A program made the translations under genes and the position numbers. The notes under the pieces were generated by a model. It saw nothing but the letters and a program-made list of their open reading frames with translations, ran no database searches and had not been told where the DNA came from. A DNA stretch of 64,000 nt, taken from the IMG/VR virus record IMGVR_UViG_3300039191_000223, positions 1-64,000 of that record; one strand, given 5' to 3'. Positions 41,559 to 51,951 of this stretch are shown piece after piece. Source of the stretch: a virus. Each line of letters begins with the position of its first letter. Position 1 is the first letter of the stretch.

Positions 41559-42416
41559 TTACATCACCAATATATGTTGTTGGGCTTCAAAAAGCAGTTC
41601 TTGGAAATAATGATTCAAGGTATTTTCAAAACTACCCAAGTCTTTCAATTCTTCATACGCCTCTTTATCGCGGACGGATACATCTCCGAAATTGCCAGCT
41701 TTAAATCTCTCGGGAAGATCATTCATTGTAACCTTACCTGTTATCAAATACTGCGCAAACAACTCATTGTATAGTTCAAAGTATTCTCGCATGTTGTTAT
41801 CGCGAGCAGACTTGAACGTTCCAAGATTATGCGCCAAGTGCTTAAACAACAATTGGTCTCGACGGGCATATGGACCGAACTTACCCTTTGCATTAAAGCC
41901 CTTAATACCGTATACGTCTTGGAAGAATGTATTGAATTCATTGCCGATGTAATCGACAACTTCTTGATATGATCTGAATTGACGCCCACCACCATGCGTC
42001 ATGCTGAATCGAGAAAGGGCATGGCCTATTCGATGTGCCATGATCCATGGGGTCATATTGATTCGTTCTGCGCCACTATTATTAGTGAAGATGACATTTA
42101 TTTCATCTTCGTCGCCAAAGTTAGGTTCAACCTTGTCAGCTACTTCGTCTCCAAGATTTTCACGAACCCAATCTAAATCAACGGCACCTACCTCAGTATG
42201 ATTTCTACCTTTGGGGGTGTTTACAAAATACAGATTGATATCGAATTCGGTCTTACCGAATTTCTTGGCAACAATTTCTTTAAACTTAGGATTGGTGATC
42301 ATCTTCCGATCACGGGGGTCTCTGAAAGATGATCCTTTTGAGAAATCTCCAATAGGTTCGAAGTCCTTCAGAGGAACTTCTGATATCACACTTTCAAGAA
42401 TAGATGTTATTTTCAC
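41559..42416 (-). CDS. zincin-like putative head protein
   Basis: MKITSILE leader, AHRIGH, ELFAQY; TATAAATA at 42440-42447. Confidence 0.5.
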   Translation of the reverse strand: MKITSILESVISEVPLKDFEPIGDFSKGSSFRDPRDRKMITNPKFKEIVAKKFGKTEFDINLYFVNTPKGRNHTEVGAVDLDWVRENLGDEVADKVEPNFGDEDEINVIFTNNSGAERINMTPWIMAHRIGHALSRFSMTHGGGRQFRSYQEVVDYIGNEFNTFFQDVYGIKGFNAKGKFGPYARRDQLLFKHLAHNLGTFKSARDNNMREYFELYNELFAQYLITGKVTMNDLPERFKAGNFGDVSVRDKEAYEELKDLGSFENTLNHYFQELLFEAQQHILVM

Positions 42417-42452
42417 AATAATGTTCTCCAGTTTGAAAGTATTTATAAGAGT

Positions 42453-42529
42453 TGGTGGGTGTAGCAGGGTTTGAACCTGCGAACCTCCACGATGTCAACG
42501 TGGCGCTCTCCCAACTGAGCTATACACCC
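42453..42529 (-). tRNA. tRNA-Val(GAC)
   Basis: CCACG-TTGACAT-CGTGG, CCA. Confidence 0.92.
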
Positions 42530-42541
42530 ATGGAAAGCGGC

Positions 42542-43084
42542 TTACGCCGCTTCCTTGGTTACTTCTTCGTTCGTCAGCAATAACATACGCGATGCGTATA
42601 AATGGAGCGACGCTAGCGTTTCAATTGTAATACCAAAAGGTTCTATGAATTTTGATAACTTCATGCGATCCCTATTGATAAACCATAACTGGTGTTCATT
42701 GACTTGCTTATTGCTAGTATCATGATCTACCAAAAACTTGGCTTCATTAATTCTCAAATACAACTTTTCCTTCGCACTCGTAAAGCCGTCCTTACGATTA
42801 GTGGGTGACGGTTTAAATGTCACAGACAAATCTTTACCAGCCAAGAGACAGAAGAGCAACTGCTGACTTGCGTCTAAGTGGCAGGTCTTTGCGGTGTGCT
42901 TCTGGGGGCGCATAGCCTTGTCGATAGGACACCATGTTCTAATCTCAGTCTCTTCGTAAGTTGGCCTGTGCTTACCACTGTTGATGTAGTCTGCCCAAGC
43001 TTTGCGAAATGCCTCCACCAAAACCCAAAATAGCACCAAAAAACTCACCCATAGTAATTCTCCTTTGTCAGTTGCTAAGAGCAT
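42542..43084 (-). CDS. hypothetical protein (5' end uncertain)
   Basis: ORF; the best RBS leads an out-of-frame ATG at ~43052. Confidence 0.4.
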   Translation of the reverse strand: MLLATDKGELLWVSFLVLFWVLVEAFRKAWADYINSGKHRPTYEETEIRTWCPIDKAMRPQKHTAKTCHLDASQQLLFCLLAGKDLSVTFKPSPTNRKDGFTSAKEKLYLRINEAKFLVDHDTSNKQVNEHQLWFINRDRMKLSKFIEPFGITIETLASLHLYASRMLLLTNEEVTKEAA

Positions 43085-43229
43085 AGTAGCATACCATAAT
43101 GTATAAGTCTAGAGAGAATGAAAGATAAAATCATGAATATGGTCATAGAGCCAACTGCTAGTACGAAATGCCCCAGTTTAGTGGGAGTGTAATCGTCTTC
43201 ATTAAAAACAGCTTAGTTGTTTTCATTGT

Positions 43230-43304
43230 TGGTGCTCCTACACAGACTTGAACTGAGAATGTGACCTTACCAAGGTCGTGTTTTACCCGTTAAACTATAG
43301 GAGC
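43230..43304 (-). tRNA. tRNA-Thr(GGT)
   Basis: GACC-TTGGTAA-GGTC, CCA. Confidence 0.85.
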
Positions 43305-43317
43305 AGACTAATGGCAT

Positions 43318-43620
43318 TTAGCCGCCGTGACTAAACACATCATCTGGGTATGTTCGTCCATGGTAATAGTTGACCGGTATATCGAACTCTACCGTATTTT
43401 CACTACCATCTCTAGAGACTACTTCAAAAGAAAAGCGTTCATTGACGAAATCAATACCTGTAAAGGTATGACTGTCTAGTCTACCAACTGACACCATACT
43501 GTCAAGCTTAGATTTGACCTGTTTTACAAATTGTTTTTGCGTATCAGGATCATGGAGCGCTTCAGCATATGTACTCCGCAGATGCTTAATGTAACGTTGG
43601 TACTCTTCTTCTGGACTCAT
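43318..43620 (-). CDS. hypothetical protein
   Basis: 100-aa ORF. Confidence 0.55.
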   Translation of the reverse strand: MSPEEEYQRYIKHLRSTYAEALHDPDTQKQFVKQVKSKLDSMVSVGRLDSHTFTGIDFVNERFSFEVVSRDGSENTVEFDIPVNYYHGRTYPDDVFSHGG

Positions 43621-43628
43621 ATTAAACC

Positions 43629-43947
43629 TTACATTTTTATTTTTTTAGGCTTTGAGATTTGAAAAGTGCTAGGCCCTGAACAAGTTTCGTATTGTTCTTC
43701 TGTTCCACCAAACATATTTATTGCTTCCACAATAAAATAACCATCATCCGTTTTTGCCCATCATTAACCAAAAATCTTCGCCTTCTCTAAACTTAACAGC
43801 ATAATCAGTCTGGACTGATTCTGCCATTGCGTAATCGTAGATAGTACCATCATTCACAAGCCCTTGTAGGATCATGAGTCCTTTTTCTACTTCCTCAAAT
43901 ATAATTGCGTCTCTCACTGCGTCAAATTTTTCAGGTATTATTTTCAT
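43629..43947 (-). pseudogene. hypothetical gene frameshifted at A5 run (43751-43755)
   Basis: Removing one A extends MGK into TDDGYFIVEAINMFGG...KIKM*, filling the gap. Confidence 0.5.
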
Positions 43948-44621
43948 AATAGATTCATTCCACCTTTCATTATTTTTGTTGCTTTCGCAGTCTTACCTGT
44001 TTGATGGTCAATTACTTGATCATCCTGAAAGCGATATGTTCTTATTTTGTCACCACGCATACCAGAGCCCCGTTGTTCCCTAGTTATTTGTGATGTTTGT
44101 TTAGACTGGTCATTATATAACATTTCGCTAATCTGTGTCAATAGACTTTGCTTGGCCTCAGCATAATTGTTTTTACGGTTCCTACCTTGACGAGCTTCAC
44201 AAAGTCCAGTGGGCGTGTGGGTGAGGCGACAAGAGTTCTGCTTTTTATTTCTATGTTGCCCACCTTTACCGGTTCCTGAAAACCACTCAACGTGGAAGTC
44301 TTTATCATCGAGGGATAGATAAGCATCGTTTACTGATAACTGATTGGGGTCAACAACGGATACTGTAACCGTAGAAGTGTGGACTCTACCACGTTTCTCA
44401 GTTGGAGGGATTCGTTGTATTCTGTGCCCACCGGCTTCATTATCAAGGCCACGTAGGTCTTTACCAGTGATGTCGAGTTGTGTAAAGCTTGGATGAACTT
44501 TAACGTCACACTTTCAACCGTAGGTAGTTGATAGGCGGGAGTATGCTTCAGCTAGATCGTTGACAAATAGTTTGGAATCGTTACCACCCTCTGCCGGGTG
44601 AATTTCTAGAATGCGTTTCAT
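43944..44621 (-). CDS. RF1-type peptide chain release factor with in-frame TGA at codon 36
   Basis: LEIHPAEGG, EAGGHRIQRIPPTE, GRVHTS, GKGGQHRNK, HTPTG, KIRTY all in one frame; TGA at 44514-44516. Confidence 0.92.
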
Positions 44622-44945
44622 TTTACTTTCCTCTAGTATTAATGTTATTTATCCCATTGCCACGGTTTGCCGGGTTTACATAAAATAATATAATCACATA
44701 CCTTAGTTATTTCGTTGAAGTAATAGTATGCAGGGTCGTATACCCAGCCCCCACGACTTACTGTTATGTGTGGTACCTCTTTGCTACTCCATGTGCCGTG
44801 TTCATATTTCCCGAGCCACCATTTAAGACTGCTTCGAGGGCATTCCAACAATACCAAACTATAAAACACAATATAAAGATTAGAAAATCCATGGTGTTCT
44901 CCGATTAAAACGGATGCCTAGTCTACAAATTTGTATACATAGTGT

Positions 44946-45275
44946 ATGACATATCATATCACACAGAAAGAACTCAAGCAACTACTAAATCAGCTTAAAG
45001 AAAGTGCTAAAAAAAGAAATATAGAGTTCAATCTCACAACTGCGGATATAGACGAAATAGGAATCCCTATTACTTGTCCAGTGTTGGGGTTTCCTCTGAA
45101 GTTTCATCGAGGTCATCCACAGCACGATTCAATAAGCTTTGACAGACTGGATTCGTCACAAGGATATACGAAGGATAACCTTGTGATTGTATCGTTTCGT
45201 GCAAATCAGCTAAAATCAAATGCAACTCTAAGTGAAATGAAGTCATTGGTATCCTTTTACGAAAGTATATTATGA
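44946..45275 (+). CDS. HNH-type endonuclease domain protein
   Basis: CPVLG, SFDRLDSSQGY..DN....RAN..K. Confidence 0.75.
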   Translation: MTYHITQKELKQLLNQLKESAKKRNIEFNLTTADIDEIGIPITCPVLGFPLKFHRGHPQHDSISFDRLDSSQGYTKDNLVIVSFRANQLKSNATLSEMKSLVSFYESIL

Positions 45276-45276
45276 A

Positions 45277-45540
45277 TTACTGGCGTAGAACCGTAACTTT
45301 GCGCTTTGAATATACACAGGATTCAACAGGATACCGATACCTCATGTCAGCAGCATAATCAAATGCTCGCCATACATTTTGATGCTCCCGAACAAAATCA
45401 AAGTCTCGGTCAACAACCACCGTTGGTTCTGCCCCAAAATAGCAAGTCAAATGGTATACAGTAGAGATTTTGTTACCTTCAGAACATCCGTTTAGCAATA
45501 TACCAAACAGAATAATGATGATGGCTGTGATTGTTTTCAT
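45277..45540 (-). CDS. putative lipoprotein
   Basis: Signal peptide with LNGC lipobox. Confidence 0.55.
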   Translation of the reverse strand: MKTITAIIIILFGILLNGCSEGNKISTVYHLTCYFGAEPTVVVDRDFDFVREHQNVWRAFDYAADMRYRYPVESCVYSKRKVTVLRQ

Positions 45541-45576
45541 TTTTAAATTACCTAGTTAGTTTTTGTACAGCAAATG

Positions 45577-46764
45577 CTACTGGTACTCAGTAGCATCGCC
45601 CTTACGAGTCAAGTATGCAGCACTGACACTCTTGAGAATCACACGACCAATCTCATTGTCTCGACGCTCAATCGCGGTTCTGATCACAATACCCTCACGG
45701 ATATGCGCCTCTTTTCCTGACAGCGTTTCCTTACCATCGGTGTATTCCTGCATCACCTCTACCGAAAACGGACCACTGTAAAGAACAGGCATGTACTCAA
45801 CCGCATAGCCACCGTATTTAATCTCGTCACCAATGCCATCGTCCGATTCATGGAGTCTATTCTCAAACCATTCTAGGGCATCAAGTACTTCATCGGAGTT
45901 AAGGTAACGGCCCGTCTCACCATTGCCATTAGGATTGCCCACGTAAATGTCAAACACCCTAAACACCGGTTCCGTAGAGCCATAGTGCAAATCCTGCACA
46001 CCTTTACCGAAAATCTCACCAAGAACAAAGATGCTATCGGTATCCAGTAGGTGAGTAAGCTCATCGACAAGAGCTTGACCAACGTCATTGAACATCTTCA
46101 CATACAGGTTGGAAGCATTCATCGGGTTAAGCTTAAATGCTAGACCCTGCTTGCCAAGACCTTTCGAGTTCACAATGTAAGTCTGGTCATAGATGCCCAT
46201 GGACACAAAGGTCCCGTGCGCCTTCTCCGTGAAGATAACTTCCTCCCCATCCTGAATCACATCCGGGTTGTTTTTCCAATTCTCAATATCGAATCGGAGA
46301 GTCTTGCCACTAGCATTCCAAACCTGCCCTGCCATATGCACCGGAATCGGCGGCTCGTACTTTACGATGCGAAGGTAGTGAGTTACAACAGCACCTTCAG
46401 GCACATAAAGATCAGTAGGACCCTCATCAGGATCGATGAAATGCATGTCATACCATTCGGAGCCATCAGTCGTCTCGCACTTCTTCAAGGGGTAAATCAG
46501 ACCTTGAGACAGCACACCGCGAAGCTTGATAGCCTTCACACGGTCACTGTTTTTACCAGCAAGCCTACCTTCCAGCCCAAGCTCTTTAACAAGCCACTGG
46601 GGCAACACAGCCTGTTCAGGAATATAAACGGCAAGGTCGCCCGTCTGGAACTGTCCCTTACGCACGATAGAACGATATCCACCAACGACAGCGAGTTCGA
46701 GAGCATCAGCATTCGGATGCTCTTCGATGGTTAGTCTAACTACTTTGACGTTAAATTCTGACAT
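45577..46764 (-). CDS. RNA ligase, DRB0094-like family with N-terminal OB domain
   Basis: HPNADAL, LRGVLSQG, TEKAHG, GEIFG, REGIV, LKSVS..YL. Confidence 0.88.
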   Translation of the reverse strand: MSEFNVKVVRLTIEEHPNADALELAVVGGYRSIVRKGQFQTGDLAVYIPEQAVLPQWLVKELGLEGRLAGKNSDRVKAIKLRGVLSQGLIYPLKKCETTDGSEWYDMHFIDPDEGPTDLYVPEGAVVTHYLRIVKYEPPIPVHMAGQVWNASGKTLRFDIENWKNNPDVIQDGEEVIFTEKAHGTFVSMGIYDQTYIVNSKGLGKQGLAFKLNPMNASNLYVKMFNDVGQALVDELTHLLDTDSIFVLGEIFGKGVQDLHYGSTEPVFRVFDIYVGNPNGNGETGRYLNSDEVLDALEWFENRLHESDDGIGDEIKYGGYAVEYMPVLYSGPFSVEVMQEYTDGKETLSGKEAHIREGIVIRTAIERRDNEIGRVILKSVSAAYLTRKGDATEYQ

Positions 46765-46815
46765 TGGTTAATCTCCTTCAATTTCGAGTGAGCTTACCGT
46801 GGCAGAAGCAAGCTG

Positions 46816-47451
46816 TCAAGCATTAATGGTGTCAAGAACTTCCAATACATCACTAAGGGCTTCTGTCTCATCACCATGCATAAACCGATTAAAATAAAGA
46901 TTATCCTCTAGCGTTCGTCCTTGCAAATATTGGTCAACCCAGCCACTTTCAACTTCAATAATGGTAGTCATGCGGCCTGCGTATTCTGTCATAAGATCAC
47001 AGTAATCATCCATGTCACCGTTACCCAAGAGCCGACGATAGTCTTCAGTGAACCTTTCAAGGAAACGCTGAGCCTGCAATTCGGTAGGGCAATCGATGAA
47101 CATATTGACGACCGTCCACCCCTTTTCCGTGGCATTGCGATTTATTTGAAACATACCATTAGGATCAACTACAATCACTGGCACCAAACCACTATCAAAC
47201 TTATCTTCAAATTCAGCGACACTGCCACCATACGAGTTTCCATTGAATGTAACCGTCTCCAACATTTCAATTTCGTCAAACTCGTTGGGAGTCACAAAAT
47301 GGTAGTTCTCCCCGTCAACTTCCCCTACACGCTTTATTCGAGTTGTGGTCGAGACAATTTCAGTAAACTTACCAGTGTCTACCATCAATTTGGTTAAGGT
47401 AGATTTTCCTGAACACGTTGGGCCGGTAATCGTAAAAATTATCTTATTCAT
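46816..47451 (-). CDS. guanylate kinase-like protein
   Basis: GPTCSGKST, STTTR..R.GEVDG..YHF, YG. Confidence 0.85.
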   Translation of the reverse strand: MNKIIFTITGPTCSGKSTLTKLMVDTGKFTEIVSTTTRIKRVGEVDGENYHFVTPNEFDEIEMLETVTFNGNSYGGSVAEFEDKFDSGLVPVIVVDPNGMFQINRNATEKGWTVVNMFIDCPTELQAQRFLERFTEDYRRLLGNGDMDDYCDLMTEYAGRMTTIIEVESGWVDQYLQGRTLEDNLYFNRFMHGDETEALSDVLEVLDTINA

Positions 47452-47477
47452 ATTATCTCCTTCCGTTTTATATTAGC

Positions 47478-48143
47478 TCAATTTCGTTGAAGGCGCAACA
47501 TATTTCGCTCGCCCCCAGACCACATCCAATGCTGGTCAGTCTGTACATGGCCTTTACGCACAAACTTAGCTATACTTTGTTGGAAGTCCTTAAGTTGAAA
47601 GCTTCCAGCTGGACGAATAACGTAGCCCTCAACAGTCTTTTGCATATCATCAGTATACAAAGCCTTGATCGCTTCCTCATCATACACGCCACGATAAAGA
47701 ACCGGCACATGATCCATATGATACTGCTCACCTGTTTTGATATGCCACTGTGTATTATTGCAGCGCTCAACGGTATCATCCCACGACAATGCAGTGTCAC
47801 CTTCCCACCACGAAAAGGCAAGAAAATAAGATGGTAATTGCGTGTAGATAATAGAATGCACAGCGAACATATTTTCACCACAGATTCGTTCATCATCTTT
47901 CAGTTTGAAGGAGACAGAACCCCACAGGTTTTTGACCCATTCACGAGACCAGTGGTATCCACTATTGACAGATCGAGCATGGATATGATCCCGATACATG
48001 GTGGTGCACTCCCCATCCATTTTCTCGGTAACAACAACTTCCATGCCCGCAAAGGCTGTAGTCGTATCGAGAATGATATCGTCTTCATCTGCACCCGGAG
48101 ACCAAGGCAAATGTGGGGTGCGGGGATATTTAACATACGTCAT
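47478..48143 (-). CDS. RNA ligase family protein
   Basis: KYPRTPHLPWS, TEKMDGE, CGEN, EGYV, AKFVR. Confidence 0.88.
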   Translation of the reverse strand: MTYVKYPRTPHLPWSPGADEDDIILDTTTAFAGMEVVVTEKMDGECTTMYRDHIHARSVNSGYHWSREWVKNLWGSVSFKLKDDERICGENMFAVHSIIYTQLPSYFLAFSWWEGDTALSWDDTVERCNNTQWHIKTGEQYHMDHVPVLYRGVYDEEAIKALYTDDMQKTVEGYVIRPAGSFQLKDFQQSIAKFVRKGHVQTDQHWMWSGGERNMLRLQRN

Positions 48144-48457
48144 AGCTTAGCTTGCTCCAAGCGAATGCCTTTCAATTTACCTTCCAAGAAAAGATTACGA
48201 ATGGCTTTACGGGTTTCAAGATTAACATCCACCCCATCAGCGGACAACCATTCGATTAGCTCATCCGGCGTTCTAGGGTATTTAACATCAGAAGTTTCAT
48301 CGTCATCAATGATGGTTGGTTTCGATGGTACAGCGTTTACAGTGACGATGCCACTGTCGCCCCTATTCTTGAAGTATCTATAGATTACCCAAATAGGTGC
48401 AATAACTACAGATGCTGCTCCAAGAAGCATTCCCAACACAAGAATAATTTCCAACAT
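48140..48457 (-). CDS. small membrane protein
   Basis: N-terminal TM, AGGAG RBS. Confidence 0.6.
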   Translation of the reverse strand: MLEIILVLGMLLGAASVVIAPIWVIYRYFKNRGDSGIVTVNAVPSKPTIIDDDETSDVKYPRTPDELIEWLSADGVDVNLETRKAIRNLFLEGKLKGIRLEQAKL

Positions 48458-48514
48458 TTTTTCTCCTAAATGACCAAAGCCTTGAAGGATACTTTACCCT
48501 TCAAGGCTTTGGAC

Positions 48515-48542
48515 ATTCTACCAATTTTATAGAGTTTGTCAA
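48515..48542 (-). promoter_or_regulatory. sigma70-type promoter for the RNA-ligase operon
   Basis: TTGACA-16-TAGAAT. Confidence 0.7.
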
Positions 48543-48552
48543 CCCCCTAAAA

Positions 48553-48582
48553 AGAAAAGCCCTCTTCGGAGGGCTTTTCTTT
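48553..48582 (-). terminator. Rho-independent terminator
   Basis: agaaaagccctc-ttcg-gagggcttttct. Confidence 0.85.
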
Positions 48583-48583
48583 A

Positions 48584-49819
48584 TTACGTACCAGACGTAT
48601 CGATGTCTCCCGGTGTTATCTGGAAACTGAAGCCGGGTATTTCGTCCCCCGTCTCCACTGTTGGCCCCGGTTCATGAGATTGTGTGTTATTTTCAATCTT
48701 GCCAATTTTATCAGTATACATGTAATCTGTACGCGGCTTAGATTTAAATCCAAAAGCCTCGGACTTGGCTTCAACAACACCCGCCTTCAGGTACATATCG
48801 GCTACACTCTCAATGAACTCTTTCGTCCGAAGAATAGATAGTTCGTCACCATTCTCACCAGTTTTAGCATCTGCAACAAATGCGCGAAGCTCTTTTTGTA
48901 GACGAGTAGGATTGACACCAATCTGTTCTAACAATCTTTGTTCACCTTTTGTGATAGTACCACCACCACGTACATCACGTAAAGACTGTGCAATAGCTTG
49001 ACGAAGGTGTGCACGCGCATTATGGTCCTCGTAGTCAGCTTCACTAAACGTATTGATCTGTAGTTTAAGTTGATCATACAAATCTTCTAGAATCAAGACT
49101 TCTTTCATAGCACCTTCAATGAATGACATACCATTAAGAATGCCTTCCTGCATTTCACTAATTTCAATCATCAGTTCGTGAAGATGAAGTTCATCAATTT
49201 TCGCGGGGCGGGCTTCACCAAGCTTCTCATCATAAACCATCATTTCAACACGGGTCTTATCGCCATCTGAAACCGAAACGTGGAACGGTACTGGCTTGTC
49301 CTTAATCTCTGCCGCCGAAATATATTCTTCGGTGACAGGTGCATTTTGCTCCTGCATGATTTCAAGATACCGATCTTTCTTTTTAAACAACCGACGAAGC
49401 TTAACTTCGTTTTTCATGTGTCGGTACTTGGACTCATTCAATGCAGACCGGCGGCTGGACATTTCGGCACTGATCTGTCGCATGTTGAACCAAGGATCAT
49501 AGTGATCTAGGTTGATCATGCGACGGGTCCACTCCGAGTGGTTACGGTTGTAAATATTAGACAATTCTTTGGTTTTGCTTATTGCAGAATCAACACGTTC
49601 CATGTTGTATGCAAGAGAATGGCCACCAAAACTCTTTAGCTCTGCTAGTTTGCCACGAGCAAAACTATCTTTCAGAGTCGGAAGGTGTTTAGGTGTAATC
49701 TCCGGCAATGTTGTCAAGCTCATTGTATCTTCGAGAGCTTCCAATGCGGTTGTCTGTGCGTTGTTAGCTTCTAGTTCAGATGACTGTAGTACATCAAATT
49801 CTTTGTTATCTTCGTCCAT
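48584..49819 (-). CDS. coiled-coil hypothetical protein
   Basis: 411 aa, co-transcribed with oxygenase and sulfotransferase. Confidence 0.65.
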   Translation of the reverse strand: MDEDNKEFDVLQSSELEANNAQTTALEALEDTMSLTTLPEITPKHLPTLKDSFARGKLAELKSFGGHSLAYNMERVDSAISKTKELSNIYNRNHSEWTRRMINLDHYDPWFNMRQISAEMSSRRSALNESKYRHMKNEVKLRRLFKKKDRYLEIMQEQNAPVTEEYISAAEIKDKPVPFHVSVSDGDKTRVEMMVYDEKLGEARPAKIDELHLHELMIEISEMQEGILNGMSFIEGAMKEVLILEDLYDQLKLQINTFSEADYEDHNARAHLRQAIAQSLRDVRGGGTITKGEQRLLEQIGVNPTRLQKELRAFVADAKTGENGDELSILRTKEFIESVADMYLKAGVVEAKSEAFGFKSKPRTDYMYTDKIGKIENNTQSHEPGPTVETGDEIPGFSFQITPGDIDTSGT

Positions 49820-49828
49820 TATAGCCTC

Positions 49829-51109
49829 TTATCTAAATCGTTTGGAACCATGGACCCAAATAACTAAGGCCCATCGTTCACCTTCTTGCATTGGTGTTAC
49901 TTTATGTAGACAATAACTTGGGAACAGTGCCAAAGCACCCCGATCCCGCGAAGCATTTAGCATTTCACCGTTGCTATTGACCATCAAATCACCACCAGTA
50001 TATTGATCAGGTGCGGTTAGTTGCACCGACACACTAATTTTCCGCGTAGAACTTGTCATGTTTCCCACGTCAACATGCCACTCATAGTGGCCGGGGTCTT
50101 CGCCAGAATCGTAATGTAGAAGCTGGAGTTCATGCGTAATCCCCATGATTTCATAATCAAAGTGTTCCGCGTTTACAATACTCACAATACGCGCTAGCTT
50201 ATCAAATGCCCAACGTGTATCATCGTTCATTGGAATTTGATATAAGTCTACATTGCGAATATCTTTCTTAATTAGACCATCAGCACCAGCACCTATACTG
50301 CCTTCTTCCGCGTACATGGATGATGCAAACCCAATGATCCGTTCACACTCTTCTGGGGTAAACGCAAGGTTTGGATGTGTTGTAGACGTAATACTAGCTA
50401 AACCGGGAATCTGTAGGTCCCAACTTGGAATCATTACACCGTTATAAATCGGGAATACTCCTTGTCGCGATTGTTTTACGTTACCAGTGTCAGGACTTTG
50501 CTGCCCTACAGTTTGGTTTTGATTTTCTGCCTTAGTGTCGGCACCCAGCCCAAGCTCAGGTCTGCCGTCAAATTTATTATCTTTGTGTGGTCCGTTGGCG
50601 TCTACGAAATGAAAAAATACTTGGCACTGCCATTCACCTTTAAATTCTGGACGCCAATGTACAAGGTCTTCTCCACGGTATAGCAAAAAGTCACCAATCT
50701 TAAGATCAACACGTTTCCCGCGTTCATCGTTAGGGTCAGCCGCTAGATAAATTGGCCAGACATTCATGCCATCAAATCCCAGCGTTAGTGTACCGCTAAT
50801 CTCACATGATGGGCGATCAGTATGTCGCGATAGCACTTCACCCGTTCGATAGATACGCGCATAGGTATATGTTGGGGTCAACTCTTTTCCAATGTGCTGT
50901 CCAATTGGCTCAGCAAGTTTTTCTAACAATCCATCAAACACTGGATCACCATAAATCGCTTCCGACTTAGGACACTGGTCATCCTTCACCATTTTACCAT
51001 CTTCACACAATTGGAACATACGCTTTGTTAGATTTTCACATAAATCTTTGGATAGCACATCATGCAACAGAACATATGAATTATTCTCAAAATATTCTCT
51101 GGGCGTCAT
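49829..51109 (-). CDS. tandem 2OG-Fe(II) oxygenase (two domains)
   Basis: HTD...HWR and HVD...RKIS...HKV...R. Confidence 0.88.
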   Translation of the reverse strand: MTPREYFENNSYVLLHDVLSKDLCENLTKRMFQLCEDGKMVKDDQCPKSEAIYGDPVFDGLLEKLAEPIGQHIGKELTPTYTYARIYRTGEVLSRHTDRPSCEISGTLTLGFDGMNVWPIYLAADPNDERGKRVDLKIGDFLLYRGEDLVHWRPEFKGEWQCQVFFHFVDANGPHKDNKFDGRPELGLGADTKAENQNQTVGQQSPDTGNVKQSRQGVFPIYNGVMIPSWDLQIPGLASITSTTHPNLAFTPEECERIIGFASSMYAEEGSIGAGADGLIKKDIRNVDLYQIPMNDDTRWAFDKLARIVSIVNAEHFDYEIMGITHELQLLHYDSGEDPGHYEWHVDVGNMTSSTRKISVSVQLTAPDQYTGGDLMVNSNGEMLNASRDRGALALFPSYCLHKVTPMQEGERWALVIWVHGSKRFR

Positions 51110-51936
51110 GTCAATACCTCTGGATAAAACATTTCATAATACGGTAGGTTGCGTTCTATAATTTGCTTGTGGAATGCAGGATCGCTTACGCGCTTTTCTT
51201 TCTTCTTTGTCAGCAGCGAGGGCGATACCTTATGGCTAGTCCGCTCTCGGAAATAGACGGCATCGTGTTCATAGATTTCAGATTGTTGAATATTGTCAAA
51301 ATCGTGTTCGAATTTTTCTTCACCTAAGAACGAGTATACCCTATTTAACTCTTTGAACGGATCGACAATAAGGTCTTCATATCGAATGAAAATAACGTCA
51401 CGGGTCTGCTTGCGTGCAGCCTCTAGTACACGAGGAAGCTCATAGGTGAACGCCCCCGACAAAGGGTTTCCCGTTTCGAAATAATAGCGATATCGTTCTT
51501 GATCTGTCATACCCGGAAGTAACCCATGAGTTTTATCAAAGGTATGCATGATTTTTGTTTTTGCATTTACACGATCAAAGGATTCGACAATATCTCGTAG
51601 ATCACGAATCATAGCAATGTATTTACCTTCGGGGAACAGGTGGTAATAGCCCGACCAATTTCTAGACTTAGAAATGACCACTGGCTTATCAGTAAGTGCA
51701 TCAAACCAACCATGGACCCCGGCAATCGCAAATCCGTGCAATGCTTCGTCAGCCCGCTCTATAGGCATAGCCATGAATTCTTCACGACCCCTAGTGTTAA
51801 TTGCGACTTGATTTAGGATGTTAGGAACAGGACACGTTCCGGTTGTAAAGATACGATGATTTTGCTGAAGGACGTTCATTAAAACTGTAGAGCCTGAACG
51901 AGGGAGTCCCCCACAGAAGTGCAATTGTTTTGGCAT
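51106..51936 (-). CDS. sulfotransferase
   Basis: GLPRSGST, RD...S, RYEDL. Confidence 0.88.
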   Translation of the reverse strand: MPKQLHFCGGLPRSGSTVLMNVLQQNHRIFTTGTCPVPNILNQVAINTRGREEFMAMPIERADEALHGFAIAGVHGWFDALTDKPVVISKSRNWSGYYHLFPEGKYIAMIRDLRDIVESFDRVNAKTKIMHTFDKTHGLLPGMTDQERYRYYFETGNPLSGAFTYELPRVLEAARKQTRDVIFIRYEDLIVDPFKELNRVYSFLGEEKFEHDFDNIQQSEIYEHDAVYFRERTSHKVSPSLLTKKKEKRVSDPAFHKQIIERNLPYYEMFYPEVLT

Positions 51937-51951
51937 ATAAAATCTTTATGT

